In this document: positions 7,282 through 20,872 of the stretch, piece after piece | Position numbering within the stretch: position 1 is the first letter of the stretch | Layout of the letters: each line of letters opens with the position of its first letter | Assembly (NCBI GenBank): GCA_038872135.1 | Contig: JAVZGN010000012.1 | Coordinates: 1-33,254 of the forward strand | Reading direction: 5' to 3' | From: Candidatus Hadarchaeales archaeon | GTDB taxonomy: Archaea; Hadarchaeota; Hadarchaeia; Hadarchaeales; Hadarchaeaceae | Length of the DNA stretch: 33,254 bases | Translations under genes and position numbers: made by a program | Notes under the pieces: model-generated | The model's database searches: none | Told to the model about the DNA's origin: nothing | What the model saw: the letters and a program-made list of their open reading frames with translations, nothing else

Positions 7282-8201
7282 TTTCCGTCTACCCCGAGCA
7301 ATTTTTTCACCCCATCTCTGAGAGAGATCTTGGGTGTAAACCCCAGCAGTTTTCTAGCTTTTCCGATGTCTGCAACGCTATGTCTGATTTCCCCGGTTCT
7401 TGCGGGCCTGTGGATTGGTTTGAGATCGGTTCTTCCAGAGAGGGTCAGGAACATCCTGCAGAGCTCATTTATGCTTGTGGCAACCCCAGTCCCGACATTG
7501 ATAATTTCCCCGGCACAATTAGATTCCACAGCGAGCTCTGTTGCACGAGCAGCGTCTTCTACATTGATGAAATCTCTTGTCTGGTTCCCATCACCGAAAA
7601 TTATTGGGGGAAGCCCCCGTCGAATCCTGTTCATGAACTTTACCATCACTCCGGCGTAAGGTCCGCCCTTCTGCCCTGGACCGTAGATGTTAAAGTATCT
7701 GAGAATTCTCACGTCAAGACCATCTTTTTCGTGAGCTTTCAAGCAAATCTTTTCAGCTTCAGCTTTCGAAGCCGCGTAGGGTGAAAGAGGATGAAGCTCG
7801 ACATCTTCTCTGATTGGGAGCTTTTCCTGCTCTCCATAAACTGCGCAAGAGGATGCCAGAATCATTTTCGCTCCTACCTTTAGGGCTGCTTGGAGGACTT
7901 CTGCAGTCCCTTCAACATTCACCTTCCTCGTTATTTCGGGATTTTTGAAGGAAAATGGAACACTGATGATCGCCGCCTCATGGATTATGACATCGACTCT
8001 TCGGGCAGCTTTTTCTAAAGACCTTTTGTCTAGGATGCTCCCCTTCACAAATGTAAAATTTTCGTTTCTGAGATGTTTTTTTATCCTGCTCAGGCTTCCG
8101 GTGGAGAGATCATCCAGCACCACCACCTCATTGGATTTCAGCAGGTTTTCTGCGATGCGGGAACCAACGAAACCGGCACCACCCGTTATCAGCACTTTCA
8201 T
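7278..8201 (-). CDS. NAD-dependent nucleotide-sugar epimerase/dehydratase (UDP-glucose/GlcNAc 4-epimerase-like)
   Basis: TGGAGFVG Rossmann motif, SSCAVYG, YAASK catalytic motif, RYFNIYGP and QTRDF. Start moved to ATG 8201. Confidence 0.92.
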   Translation of the reverse strand: MKVLITGGAGFVGSRIAENLLKSNEVVVLDDLSTGSLSRIKKHLRNENFTFVKGSILDKRSLEKAARRVDVIIHEAAIISVPFSFKNPEITRKVNVEGTAEVLQAALKVGAKMILASSCAVYGEQEKLPIREDVELHPLSPYAASKAEAEKICLKAHEKDGLDVRILRYFNIYGPGQKGGPYAGVMVKFMNRIRRGLPPIIFGDGNQTRDFINVEDAARATELAVESNCAGEIINVGTGVATSINELCRMFLTLSGRTDLKPIHRPARTGEIRHSVADIGKARKLLGFTPKISLRDGVKKLLGVDGK

Positions 8202-8254
8202 CGCATCAGATTTTACTTGCCTCCATCTTAAAATATGCTGGAGAACATCTAAGT

Positions 8255-8674
8255 ATGGTTGAGATGCGGACATATGTGAAGGAATTTACATTCACCACGA
8301 GGAATCGAAGGGAGATAGTTGACCTCACCGACCGGATAACTGAGATAGTGAATGAGTCGAAAATAAAGAATGGAATGCTTCTGGTTCAGCTGCCCCACGC
8401 AACAGCCTCCCTCGTGCTCAATGAAGGGGAGGAGGGGCTTGAGCGGGATATACTGGAAAAGCTTGACGATCTCGTCCCAGTCAGGGGAAACTACCACCAC
8501 GACATGATTGACGACAATGCCCACGCCCACATAAAGGCAGCGATTCTTGGCTCTTCAAAAGTGCTACCCATAGTGGACGGAGAAATTTTAAGAGGGACTT
8601 GGCAAAATTTTCTCGTCGTGGAGGAAGATGGCCCTAGGACCAGGAGAGTTGTGGTCTTCATGATTGGTGAGTGA
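8255..8674 (+). CDS. yjbQ: YjbQ/UPF0047 family protein
   Basis: PHATASL, YHHDMIDDNAHAHIKA, GTWQ and EEDGPRTR motifs. Confidence 0.92.
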   Translation: MVEMRTYVKEFTFTTRNRREIVDLTDRITEIVNESKIKNGMLLVQLPHATASLVLNEGEEGLERDILEKLDDLVPVRGNYHHDMIDDNAHAHIKAAILGSSKVLPIVDGEILRGTWQNFLVVEEDGPRTRRVVVFMIGE

Positions 8675-8675
8675 A

Positions 8676-9227
8676 ATGCCAAGAATGTATCTTGACATCG
8701 AAACAACATCAAAAAAGGCCGACGACGGAATGATAATCGCAATAGGGATAATGAAAGGCGATACTCCGGAGATAAGGTTCATCGACTCTCTTGAAGAGGA
8801 GAAAAGGGCCTTGCAGTGGCTGAACAGGGAGCTTGAGGGCTGCGATGAAATAGTCACCTGGTATGGTTCTGGTTTCGATATTCCATTTCTGGTAACAAGG
8901 GCGGTGTTTCACGGGATTGAGCTGAAACTCGTGAGAGTCCCGATGCTTGATCTCTGTGAATGGTCTCGAGGTGTTTTGCTTCTCAACAGCTACAGCCTCG
9001 AGGCCGTGGCGAATTTTTTGGGAATAGATTGGTCAAAGGAATTTTATGGTGGAGATATCCTCGCCCTCTTCAAGTTGGCGAAGAAGGGAAATCTTGAAGC
9101 AAGGAAGCTCATCGTGGATCACTGCAGGGAGGATGTTGTTGTGCTCAAGAAGGTCCACGAAAAGCTTTCATGGCTTGTGGAAGACTCCGGGCGGGGATCG
9201 AAACGAAGGTCATCGAGAGAAGAATAA
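8676..9227 (+). CDS. RNase H-like (YprB/RNase_H_2, DEDDh) exonuclease-domain protein
   Basis: ExoI YLDIETT, ExoII VTWYGSGFDIPFL and ExoIII HCREDV motifs. Confidence 0.85.
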   Translation: MPRMYLDIETTSKKADDGMIIAIGIMKGDTPEIRFIDSLEEEKRALQWLNRELEGCDEIVTWYGSGFDIPFLVTRAVFHGIELKLVRVPMLDLCEWSRGVLLLNSYSLEAVANFLGIDWSKEFYGGDILALFKLAKKGNLEARKLIVDHCREDVVVLKKVHEKLSWLVEDSGRGSKRRSSREE

Positions 9228-9763
9228 AGGCATGCTCTCTTTGCAGACTGCATAAACACAGGCAAAATGCTGTTCCAGGAGAGGGGCCGGTGCCATCGAA
9301 AATAGTGTTGTGCGGAGAGGCTCCAGGCGCAAGCGAGGACAGGGCGGGCAGGCCATTTGTTGGAGCGGCGGGGCGGTTTTTGAATGGGCTTCTTGAAATG
9401 GTAAAAATAAAAAGGGAAGAAATTTTCATCACAAATGTTGTGAAGTGTAGACCGCCAGGCAACAGGACACCTCGCGAGGATGAGGTGAGTGTCTGCGCTT
9501 CAAACTATCTCGCCCCTCAGCTCGAGAAACTTAAACCGCGCCTAGTCGTTGCCTTGGGAAGAACTTCCGCCGGTGTATTTTTAGGTCGCCCCGTAAGGAT
9601 GGAAGAGGATCATGGGAAAATTTTTGAATGTGATTACGAAGGAGTAAAATTCAAGCTTTTTGTCACCTACCATCCTGCAGCAGCGCTATATGGTGGGAGG
9701 GTTCAAGAGATTTTGAAAAAAGATTTTCGCAAGCTTGGTCTATTGCTGAGAAATCTTCGCTGA
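9170..9763 (+). CDS. udg: Family-4 uracil-DNA glycosylase with [4Fe-4S] cluster
   Basis: CSLCRL, GEAPG, GRPFVGAAG, TNVVKCRPPGNRTP and TYHPAA motifs. The start is uncertain (58-nt overlap with the upstream gene). Confidence 0.93.
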   Translation: MACGRLRAGIETKVIERRIKACSLCRLHKHRQNAVPGEGPVPSKIVLCGEAPGASEDRAGRPFVGAAGRFLNGLLEMVKIKREEIFITNVVKCRPPGNRTPREDEVSVCASNYLAPQLEKLKPRLVVALGRTSAGVFLGRPVRMEEDHGKIFECDYEGVKFKLFVTYHPAAALYGGRVQEILKKDFRKLGLLLRNLR

Positions 9764-9820
9764 TCTTTGGCTTCACCCGGCTCTAAAGTATTTACGCTTT
9801 CCTTCAGAAATTCTCTCACA

Positions 9821-10576
9821 ATGGTTGAAATAATTCTCCTGCCGATCGGCTTCGCGATTGCGGTTCTTTACTCAATGATTGGACTGGGCGGTGGAAGCCT
9901 TTTTGTCCCGCTCCTTGTGCTTGGGTTTGGTCTTCCAACTCAAAAGGCCATTGGTGTTAGCCTTTTTGGAATAGCCTTCATGACAGTCGCCGCGACCTTG
10001 GTGTATGCGATTCAAAAGAGGATAAACTACAAGGTTGGGCTCCTGCTCGATACACTGGATGTTCCCGGCGCAGTTCTCGGCGCATACCTCACAACTCTTG
10101 TAGCACCCCTCCTCCTCGGTGGGATGTTTGGGGCGGTTCTCATGGTTATCGCCTGGTTAATAATCTTTCAAAAGGGTTCGAAAGGAGAAGGTAGAAGATT
10201 TGCCGTAACCCACAAGGTTGTTGGCTGCTGTCTCCTCGGAAGCTTTCTCAGCGGGGTTGTCTCGGGGATGTTTGGGATAGGCGGGGGAGTTGTCGATGAA
10301 GCCGTGATGATTCTTTTGCTCGGGATGTCCATCAGGATTTCTGCGGGGACCGCCATGTTTGGGATGGCAATCACAGTGGTCGCCGCGCTTCTCCCCCACT
10401 GGATTTTTGGAAATGTTTTGCTGGATTATGCGGCGCCCTTAGGCCTTGGGTGTATCCTCGGCGCACCGATTGGGTCATTTTTCTCCGCTAGGATAAAGGC
10501 GACCACCCTCAGAAGAATTCTGGGAGTAGTTCTTGTGATAATCGCCATTAGAATGCTGCTTTTGCCCGCTCTTTAG
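9821..10576 (+). CDS. TauE/SafE family (sulfite exporter-like) membrane protein
   Basis: Polytopic hydrophobic protein with two repeats of G(L/I)GGG (MIGLGGGSLFVP and MFGIGGGVV). Start moved to ATG 9821. Confidence 0.88.
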   Translation: MVEIILLPIGFAIAVLYSMIGLGGGSLFVPLLVLGFGLPTQKAIGVSLFGIAFMTVAATLVYAIQKRINYKVGLLLDTLDVPGAVLGAYLTTLVAPLLLGGMFGAVLMVIAWLIIFQKGSKGEGRRFAVTHKVVGCCLLGSFLSGVVSGMFGIGGGVVDEAVMILLLGMSIRISAGTAMFGMAITVVAALLPHWIFGNVLLDYAAPLGLGCILGAPIGSFFSARIKATTLRRILGVVLVIIAIRMLLLPAL

Positions 10577-10620
10577 GATGAAAAGCTTTTTCAACTTCAG
10601 GGGAGAGTAGGGTGAGAAAG

Positions 10621-10983
10621 ATGGCAAAAATAATGGCTGTTGAGGATAGGAGCGAAACGCTTGTTCTTATGGAAAAGATTTTGAAAAGGGCTGGTTTCAA
10701 GTTCGTCGGTTGTTTGAGCGGGGAGGAGTGTCTGAAACTCTATAAGAAGGAAAATCCAGATCTAGTTCTTCTCGATATCATCCTTCCGGGAATCGACGGT
10801 TACACCGTGTTTGAAAAAATAAAAGAGATCAACCCGAACCAAAAAATTGTATTTGTTTCAGCGCTGGATATCGGGCCCCAAGCCGTTAAAAAACTCTGGA
10901 AATTTGGCATGCCCCCATACATCTCAAAGCCGTTCGATCCCGATGAACTCGTGAATAAAGTGAAGGAAATCCTTAGGAAGTGA
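10621..10983 (+). CDS. Stand-alone response regulator receiver (CheY-like)
   Basis: VED acidic pocket, phosphoacceptor in DLVLLDI, FVSA and KPF. No output domain. Confidence 0.92.
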   Translation: MAKIMAVEDRSETLVLMEKILKRAGFKFVGCLSGEECLKLYKKENPDLVLLDIILPGIDGYTVFEKIKEINPNQKIVFVSALDIGPQAVKKLWKFGMPPYISKPFDPDELVNKVKEILRK

Positions 10984-11849
10984 AAACAATGTTTCCCCTC
11001 TTTCAGATAGATTATGCGATAATCGTCATTGCGATTTTGGGAATGCTGGTGTTCATTGAGCTGGTGATGATTGTGAACTCCCTGAGATACACCCGGCAGC
11101 TTCTGAGAATAAAGGACAAACATGAGGCAGAGCTCAGGAGGGCCCACGAAAAACTGAAATCGGTCGACAGGCTGAAGACAGAGTTCTTGAACATGGCCGC
11201 TCATGAGCTGAAGACCCCGCTCGTCCCGATGGTCGGCTACCTACAGCTGATAGACAAAAACAAGCTGGATCCAGAGGATAGAGAAAATCTGGAGATCGCT
11301 ATAAGAAACACAAAGAGACTGCAGCTTCTTGTTGGTGACATCTTGGATATAGCTAAACTTGAGTCGAAGGTCATGAAATTCAACATGCAGGATATCCAGC
11401 TAACTAACATCATAAGGGACACCGTTGCAAATGCTATGGCTTTCGCCAAGGAGAAGAAAATTTACATAAAGACAAATGTCCCCAAGGAACTCCCAATTGT
11501 CTACGGTGATCCAAACAGGATTGCTCAAGTTTTAACAAACCTCCTCAACAACGCCATAAAGTTCACCGACAGAGGGGGAGTGACCGTCAACGCAAGGAGG
11601 GATGGAAACTTCGTCAGGGTGGAGGTCGTGGACACAGGGATAGGGATGGCTAAGAAGGATATTCCAAAGCTCTTCAAGAAGTTCTCGCAGTTGGACTCTT
11701 CCGGGAGCAGGAAATATGGGGGAACGGGGCTCGGCCTAGCAATTTCAAAGGAGATTATCAAGGCCCACAAGGGAAAGATATGGGCGAGCAGCCCTGGCCC
11801 AGGAAAAGGCTCCACATTTACATTCATCCTTCCGATAAAGCCAAAATGA
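10980..11849 (+). CDS. Membrane-anchored histidine kinase (HisKA + HATPase_c)
   Basis: One N-terminal TM helix, H-box AHELKTPL, N-box NLLNNAIKFT, DTGIG, F-box LFKKF and GGTGLGL. Confidence 0.95.
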   Translation: MKTMFPLFQIDYAIIVIAILGMLVFIELVMIVNSLRYTRQLLRIKDKHEAELRRAHEKLKSVDRLKTEFLNMAAHELKTPLVPMVGYLQLIDKNKLDPEDRENLEIAIRNTKRLQLLVGDILDIAKLESKVMKFNMQDIQLTNIIRDTVANAMAFAKEKKIYIKTNVPKELPIVYGDPNRIAQVLTNLLNNAIKFTDRGGVTVNARRDGNFVRVEVVDTGIGMAKKDIPKLFKKFSQLDSSGSRKYGGTGLGLAISKEIIKAHKGKIWASSPGPGKGSTFTFILPIKPK

Positions 11850-11876
11850 TTTAAGAAATGGTGTGAGATATCTTTT

Positions 11877-12000
11877 GGGCTGGCGGCCACAGCGGCGGGG
11901 TCACACCCGGTCTCGTCAGATCCCGGAAGTTAAGCCCGCCAGCGATTCAGGTTGTACTGTGGTGCGAGAGCCCACGGGAAGCCTGAGACGCTGCCGGCCC
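11877..12000 (+). rRNA. rrf: 5S rRNA
   Basis: Terminal helix GGGCTGGCGGC / GCTGCCGGCCC, with conserved CACACCCGG...CCCGGAAGTTAAGCC and GTACT...GCGAGAG...GGGAA. TATA-like TTTAAG about 25 nt upstream. Ends approximate. Confidence 0.95.
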
Positions 12001-12044
12001 GCTTCTGAGAAAGTTTTTAGATGTAAGTGAAACTGTTTATTGGT

Positions 12045-12122
12045 GCCCTGGTGGTGTAGCCCGGTCTAACATGGAGCCCTGTCGAGGCTCCGCCCCGGGT
12101 TCAAATCCCGGCCAGGGCGCCA
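12045..12122 (+). tRNA. tRNA-Asp (GTC), CCA encoded, no intron
   Basis: Acceptor stem GCCCTGG/CCAGGGC, anticodon arm GAGCC-CTGTCGA-GGCTC, T-loop TTCAAAT and discriminator G followed by CCA. Confidence 0.97.
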
Positions 12123-12145
12123 AACCCAAAGTTCCAGGAGTGATG

Positions 12146-12160
12146 AGAAGTATTTATAAG
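12146..12160 (+). promoter_or_regulatory. BRE/TATA promoter for tRNA-Lys and probably the rpo operon
   Basis: AGAAG-TA-TTTATAAG. No other TATA-like element is visible between tRNA-Lys and rpo5. Confidence 0.65.
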
Positions 12161-12209
12161 GAAAGATTTTCAACTTTTATGGCGAAGCCGAGGAGGAGCA
12201 ACCGCTTTT

Positions 12210-12284
12210 GGGCCCGTAGCGCAGTCTGGCTAGCGCACCGGCCTTTTAAGCCGGGTGTCGTGGGTTCGAATCCCACCGGGCCCG
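12210..12284 (+). tRNA. tRNA-Lys (TTT), CCA not encoded, no intron
   Basis: Acceptor stem GGGCCCG/CGGGCCC, D-stem GCGC/GCGC, anticodon arm CCGGC-CTTTTAA-GCCGG and T-arm GTGGG-TTCGAAT-CCCAC. Confidence 0.97.
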
Positions 12285-12319
12285 CTGGGCGGAGATCCTC
12301 GGCAAATGGAGGATCCCCG

Positions 12320-12565
12320 GTGGCCGAAGAAGAAATAGATGTCCTGCGGCACGTGCTGGTGCCAAAGCATGAAATAGCTTCAAAGGAGGAAGTGGAAGAG
12401 TTGATGAAAAGATACAAGATTCAGCCCCACCAGCTTCCAAGGATAAGAGCGTCAGATCCAGCAGCTAGAGCTATAGGCGCACAGCCCGGACAGATCGTGA
12501 AAATAACGAGAGAAAGTAGAACTGCAGGGAGGGCGATAGCCTACAGATATGTGGTGGAGGGATAG
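12320..12565 (+). CDS. rpo5: RNA polymerase subunit Rpo5 (H)
   Basis: [20 protein letters not shown] and [10 protein letters not shown]...YRYV motifs. GTG start after GGAGG. The longer ORF in the track overlaps both tRNAs. Confidence 0.96.
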   Translation: MAEEEIDVLRHVLVPKHEIASKEEVEELMKRYKIQPHQLPRIRASDPAARAIGAQPGQIVKITRESRTAGRAIAYRYVVEG

Positions 12566-12567
12566 TT

Positions 12568-15500
12568 GTGGTTGACACTTGGCCGGTTGTTGAGGCATTT
12601 CTGAGGGAAAAAGGTCTTGTTCGTCAACATCTCGACTCCTACAACCAGTTCATAGAGAAAGGACTCCAGCAGGTCATAGATGAGGTCGGCGGGATAGATC
12701 TGGATATAGAGGGAATTGATGTGAAATTTGGGAGGATACGCCTCGAAGAGCCTAAGGTCATTGAGGCCGATGGCTCTCCAAGAGATCTCTGGCCAAATGA
12801 AGCTAGGCTCAGGAATCTGAGCTACACGGCCGCGATGAGGCTTGAGATGAGCCTCGTGAAAGGTGGGAAGCAACTGCCGCCAAAGGAGGTCTACATTGGA
12901 GATTTCCCGGTGATGCTAAAGTCAAAAATCTGCCGCCTCTACAACTTGAGTGATGAAGAGCTGATAAAGGCCGGCGAGGATCCTCTAGACCCGGGAGGCT
13001 ATTTCATCATAAACGGCTCCGAGAGGGTTGTTGTTGCTCAGGAAGATCTCGCTTCCAACAGCATTTTGGTGGAAAGAGATGAAAGGGTTGGCACAGAAGT
13101 TGCGAAAGTCTTTTCAACCCACCGCGGTTTCAGGGCTTTTGTTGTTGTGGAAAGAAAGAGAGATGGACTCTTGAGAGTTTCATTCCCGGCCATTCCCGGT
13201 CAGGTGCCACTTGTTGTATTGATGAAGGCGCTGAAGCTGGAGAGGGATGCAGACATTGTGAAAGCTGTTTCTGAAGACCTTGAGATTGCAAGGGAGCTGT
13301 TTGAGAATCTTCGGGAGGCAGCCGAGATAAGGACAAGGGATGACGCTCTCGACTACATAGGAAAGAGAGTCGCGGTTGGACAGCCGAGAGAGTATCGGCT
13401 GCAGCGGGCGCAGGAGGTTCTTGACAAATATCTTCTTCCCCATCTGGGAACAACCCCAGCAGACAGGCTAAACAAGGCATATTTCTTGGGACGGATGACG
13501 GAGCTGGTGATAGAACTAGCTTTGGGAAAGAGGGAAGCCGACGACAAGGACCACTATGCAAACAAAAGGTTGAAACTAGCGGGGGATCTCCTTGAGAGCA
13601 TTTTCAGGATAGCCTTTCTCAACCTCGTGAGGGACATAAAATACCAGCTTGAGCGCGCATACTCGAGAGGAAAGGAGCTTGACCTGACCACGGCTGTGCG
13701 TGCAGATGTTTTGATAGAGAGAATTAGACATGCGCTGGCAACCGGCAACTGGCCGGGAGGAAGAACCGGCGTGAGCCAGCTCCTCGACCGCACAAATTAC
13801 ATCGCTGCGGTTTCTCATCTCCGGCGGGTGGTCTCGCCACTCAGCAGAAGCCAGCCCCACTTTGAAGCGAGAGATCTCCACTCAACCCACTTCGGAAGGA
13901 TATGCCCATCAGAAACTCCAGAGGGGCCAAACTGTGGCTTGGTCAAGAATCTCGCAATAACGGCCGAAATCTCAGTTGGGACTGAAGAAGAAAAGATAGA
14001 GCGGCTACTCTCGAAGCTTGGCGTTAGGAAGATAGCCAGGATAAGTGAGAAGAAGGGCAAGGCAACAGTCTACATAAACGGAAGACTGGTGGGAGTAACG
14101 GACGACGGGGAGCTTCTGGCAAAGGAGATTCGGAAATACAGAAGGAACAACACACTGGACGATCAAGTGAATGTTGCCTACAAAGAGGACACGGACGAGG
14201 TGAGAATAAATACCGATGCCGGGAGGATTCGCCGCCCCCTGATAGTAGTTGAAAAAGGCAAATCACTTTTGACAGAAGATCTCGTGGAAAAAGTAAAGAA
14301 TGGGGAGCTCAAATGGAGGGATCTGGTAGCTAAAGGTGTCGTTGAATATCTTGATGCAGATGAGGAGGAAAATGCATATATCGCCGTCCAAGAGAGCGAG
14401 ATAACCCCAGAGCACACGCACCTTGAACTCCACCCCCTTGCAATTTTGGGGATTAGCACGGCATTGGTTCCATATGCAGAGCACAATCAGTCTCCAAGAA
14501 ACACCTACGGAGCGAACATGGCCAGGCAGGCGCTCGGTCTCGCCTGTACAAACATTCACAACAGAATGGACACAAGAGGACACTTCATGCACTATCCCCA
14601 GGTGCCGCTCATCGACACAAAGATAATGGATCTGGTTGGTTTCAATAAAAGACCGGCCGGCCAAAACCTAGTCGTTGCAATAATCACATATGGCGGATAT
14701 AACATGGAGGATGCAATTATCGCGAACAAGGCTTCTATCGATCGTGGAATGGGCCGCACCACATTCTACAGGACCTATGAGGCAGAAGAGATAAGATATC
14801 CGGGGGGACAGATGGACAAGTTTGAAATTCCAAGCGAGGAGATAAGGGGTTATGCCGATTCAAGCTTCTACAGGAATCTCGGAGAGGACGGTATCATCGA
14901 GCCTGAGGTGGAGGTTAGGGGAGAAGATGTTTTAATAGGAAAGACAAGTCCCCCCCGTTTCCTCGAAGAGATCGATGAGTTCGGAGTTGCCACCACCCAC
15001 GGGAGGCGCGAGAGTTCAATCAGAGTTAGACCGAGCGAGGAAGGAATCTCCGATGCTGTAATAAAGACGACGACATTGGATGGGACAATGCTGGTGCGGG
15101 TGCGGGTGAGAGATCAGAGGATTCCAGAGATAGGAGATAAATTGGCTTCGAGACACGGGCAGAAGGGGGTAATCGGGATAATTCTAGATGCCGCAGACAT
15201 GCCATTCACCGAGAGCGGGATCATTCCAGATATTCTGATAAACCCCCATGCAATTCCTTCAAGAATGTCGATAGGACAGCTCCTAGAGATGATTGCTGGA
15301 AAGGTTGGGGCCATGAATGGGAAAAAGATAGATGGGACTCCATTTAGCGGTGTTCCGGAGGCAGAGCTTAGAAAAGCTCTTGTGGAGAGTGGTTTCAAGA
15401 GCACAGGAAAGGAGGTCATGTATAACGGGATTACTGGAGAAATGATTCCAGTTGAGATTTTTGTTGGGGTTTGCTATTACCAGAAGCTCCATCATATGGT

Positions 15501-15867
15501 TGCAGATAAGATTCACGTGAGATCTCACGGCCCCATCCAGGTCCTCACCCACCAGCCCACAGAAGGCAGGGCGAGAGAGGGTGGGTTGAGATTCGGGGAG
15601 ATGGAGAGGGACTGTTTGATTGGGCATGGAGCAGCGATGCTGTTGAAGGAGAGACTTCTGGATGCTTCAGACAAACATCGTGCTATGATCTGCAGGAACT
15701 GTGGCAGCCTCGCATACAACGATAGAAGAAAGGACAGATACATCTGCATGTACTGCGGCGAAACTGATGTCGATGAGGTTGAGATGTCTTATGCATTTAA
15801 ACTTTTGCTAGATGAGCTGAGATCAATGGGGCTCTTCCCGAGAATAAGAACAAAGCACAGAATATGA
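12568..15867 (+). CDS. rpo2: RNA polymerase subunit Rpo2 (B), unsplit
   Basis: [49 protein letters not shown] and a C-terminal zinc ribbon, all in one 1099-aa frame. Confidence 0.99.
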   Translation: MVDTWPVVEAFLREKGLVRQHLDSYNQFIEKGLQQVIDEVGGIDLDIEGIDVKFGRIRLEEPKVIEADGSPRDLWPNEARLRNLSYTAAMRLEMSLVKGGKQLPPKEVYIGDFPVMLKSKICRLYNLSDEELIKAGEDPLDPGGYFIINGSERVVVAQEDLASNSILVERDERVGTEVAKVFSTHRGFRAFVVVERKRDGLLRVSFPAIPGQVPLVVLMKALKLERDADIVKAVSEDLEIARELFENLREAAEIRTRDDALDYIGKRVAVGQPREYRLQRAQEVLDKYLLPHLGTTPADRLNKAYFLGRMTELVIELALGKREADDKDHYANKRLKLAGDLLESIFRIAFLNLVRDIKYQLERAYSRGKELDLTTAVRADVLIERIRHALATGNWPGGRTGVSQLLDRTNYIAAVSHLRRVVSPLSRSQPHFEARDLHSTHFGRICPSETPEGPNCGLVKNLAITAEISVGTEEEKIERLLSKLGVRKIARISEKKGKATVYINGRLVGVTDDGELLAKEIRKYRRNNTLDDQVNVAYKEDTDEVRINTDAGRIRRPLIVVEKGKSLLTEDLVEKVKNGELKWRDLVAKGVVEYLDADEEENAYIAVQESEITPEHTHLELHPLAILGISTALVPYAEHNQSPRNTYGANMARQALGLACTNIHNRMDTRGHFMHYPQVPLIDTKIMDLVGFNKRPAGQNLVVAIITYGGYNMEDAIIANKASIDRGMGRTTFYRTYEAEEIRYPGGQMDKFEIPSEEIRGYADSSFYRNLGEDGIIEPEVEVRGEDVLIGKTSPPRFLEEIDEFGVATTHGRRESSIRVRPSEEGISDAVIKTTTLDGTMLVRVRVRDQRIPEIGDKLASRHGQKGVIGIILDAADMPFTESGIIPDILINPHAIPSRMSIGQLLEMIAGKVGAMNGKKIDGTPFSGVPEAELRKALVESGFKSTGKEVMYNGITGEMIPVEIFVGVCYYQKLHHMVADKIHVRSHGPIQVLTHQPTEGRAREGGLRFGEMERDCLIGHGAAMLLKERLLDASDKHRAMICRNCGSLAYNDRRKDRYICMYCGETDVDEVEMSYAFKLLLDELRSMGLFPRIRTKHRI

Positions 15868-15876
15868 GGTGGGAAG

Positions 15877-19969
<4,093 letters not shown>

Positions 19970-19973
<4 letters not shown>

Positions 19974-20398
19974 CGGTGAAGATAACTGCTGAGGAGATGA
20001 GATTCATCGCTCTCTTTGAGGGATTGGCCGGCGCAAGTGCAAGAGACTGTGTTGTTACCCAGGATGGAAGCACAATTGCTTTTGTCGTTAAACCTGGGGA
20101 CATGGGGCTGGCGATAGGAAAAAATGGGGCAACCATAAGAAAAATGGAGCGGCTCACCGGAAAAAATGTTGAAGTTTTCGAAGCCAGCGATGATTTAATT
20201 ACTTTTTTAAGAAATTTGCTGTTTCCAGCAAAAGTTCTGGCAGTTGAGATAAAGGATACAGCGAATGAGAAAGTAGCAATTGTGCAGGTGGATGCAGCAG
20301 ATAAGATGAAGGCCATAGGGAAAAGGGGGCGCAAGATTCTTCTGGCAAAAAAGCTGATGGAGAGACATTTTGGGATATCCGATATCATTCTTAAATGA
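19970..20398 (+). CDS. nusA: Archaeal NusA (two KH domains)
   Basis: AIGKNG and AIGKRG KH motifs, located after rpl30e. Confidence 0.95.
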
Positions 20399-20437
20399 TT
20401 TATAGTTGAGTGGTGCAGTTTTCTTTGAGGTATTTGG

Positions 20438-20872
20438 ATGAAATCGCCGAGAGGAGAGTTTGCGGCAAGGAAGCTTGCGATGACCAGGGGAAGGTTCAGG
20501 TGGAAGAATCCCTGGTACAAGCGCAGGGTGCTTCACCTGAAGGAGAAGGCAGACCCGCTAGAAGGTGCTCCCCAGGCTAGGGGGATTGTGCTGGAAAAGG
20601 TTGGGATTGAGGCAAAACAACCTAACTCCGCCATAAGAAAATGTGTGAGGGTGCAGTTGATAAAAAATGGTAGGCAAGTTACGGCTTTTGCTCCATGGGA
20701 CGGGGCCATCGGTTTTATCGATGAGCATGATGAAGTTGTGATTGAGGGGATAGGGGGGGCCAAGGGGCGCGCGTATGGAGACCTTCCGGGCGTGAGATAT
20801 CGGGTGGTCTCTGTGAATGGAGTGTCCCTGAGAGAACTTGTGACGGGAAGAAAGGAGAAGCCCACTAGGTGA
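20438..20872 (+). CDS. rps12: 30S ribosomal protein uS12
   Basis: [21 protein letters not shown] and GDLPGVRY motifs. TATA-like TTTATA at 20399-20404 upstream. Confidence 0.98.
   Translation: MKSPRGEFAARKLAMTRGRFRWKNPWYKRRVLHLKEKADPLEGAPQARGIVLEKVGIEAKQPNSAIRKCVRVQLIKNGRQVTAFAPWDGAIGFIDEHDEVVIEGIGGAKGRAYGDLPGVRYRVVSVNGVSLRELVTGRKEKPTR

Noticed and set aside
12071-12178. N-terminal part of the 164-aa ORF as real Rpo5 sequence
   Set aside because: It starts inside tRNA-Asp and crosses a promoter. Rpo5 similarity begins only at GTG 12320.
12140-12191. Box C/D sRNA (GTGATGA ... CCGA)
   Set aside because: No recognisable D'/C' boxes or canonical CTGA are present. The interior is better explained as a BRE/TATA promoter.
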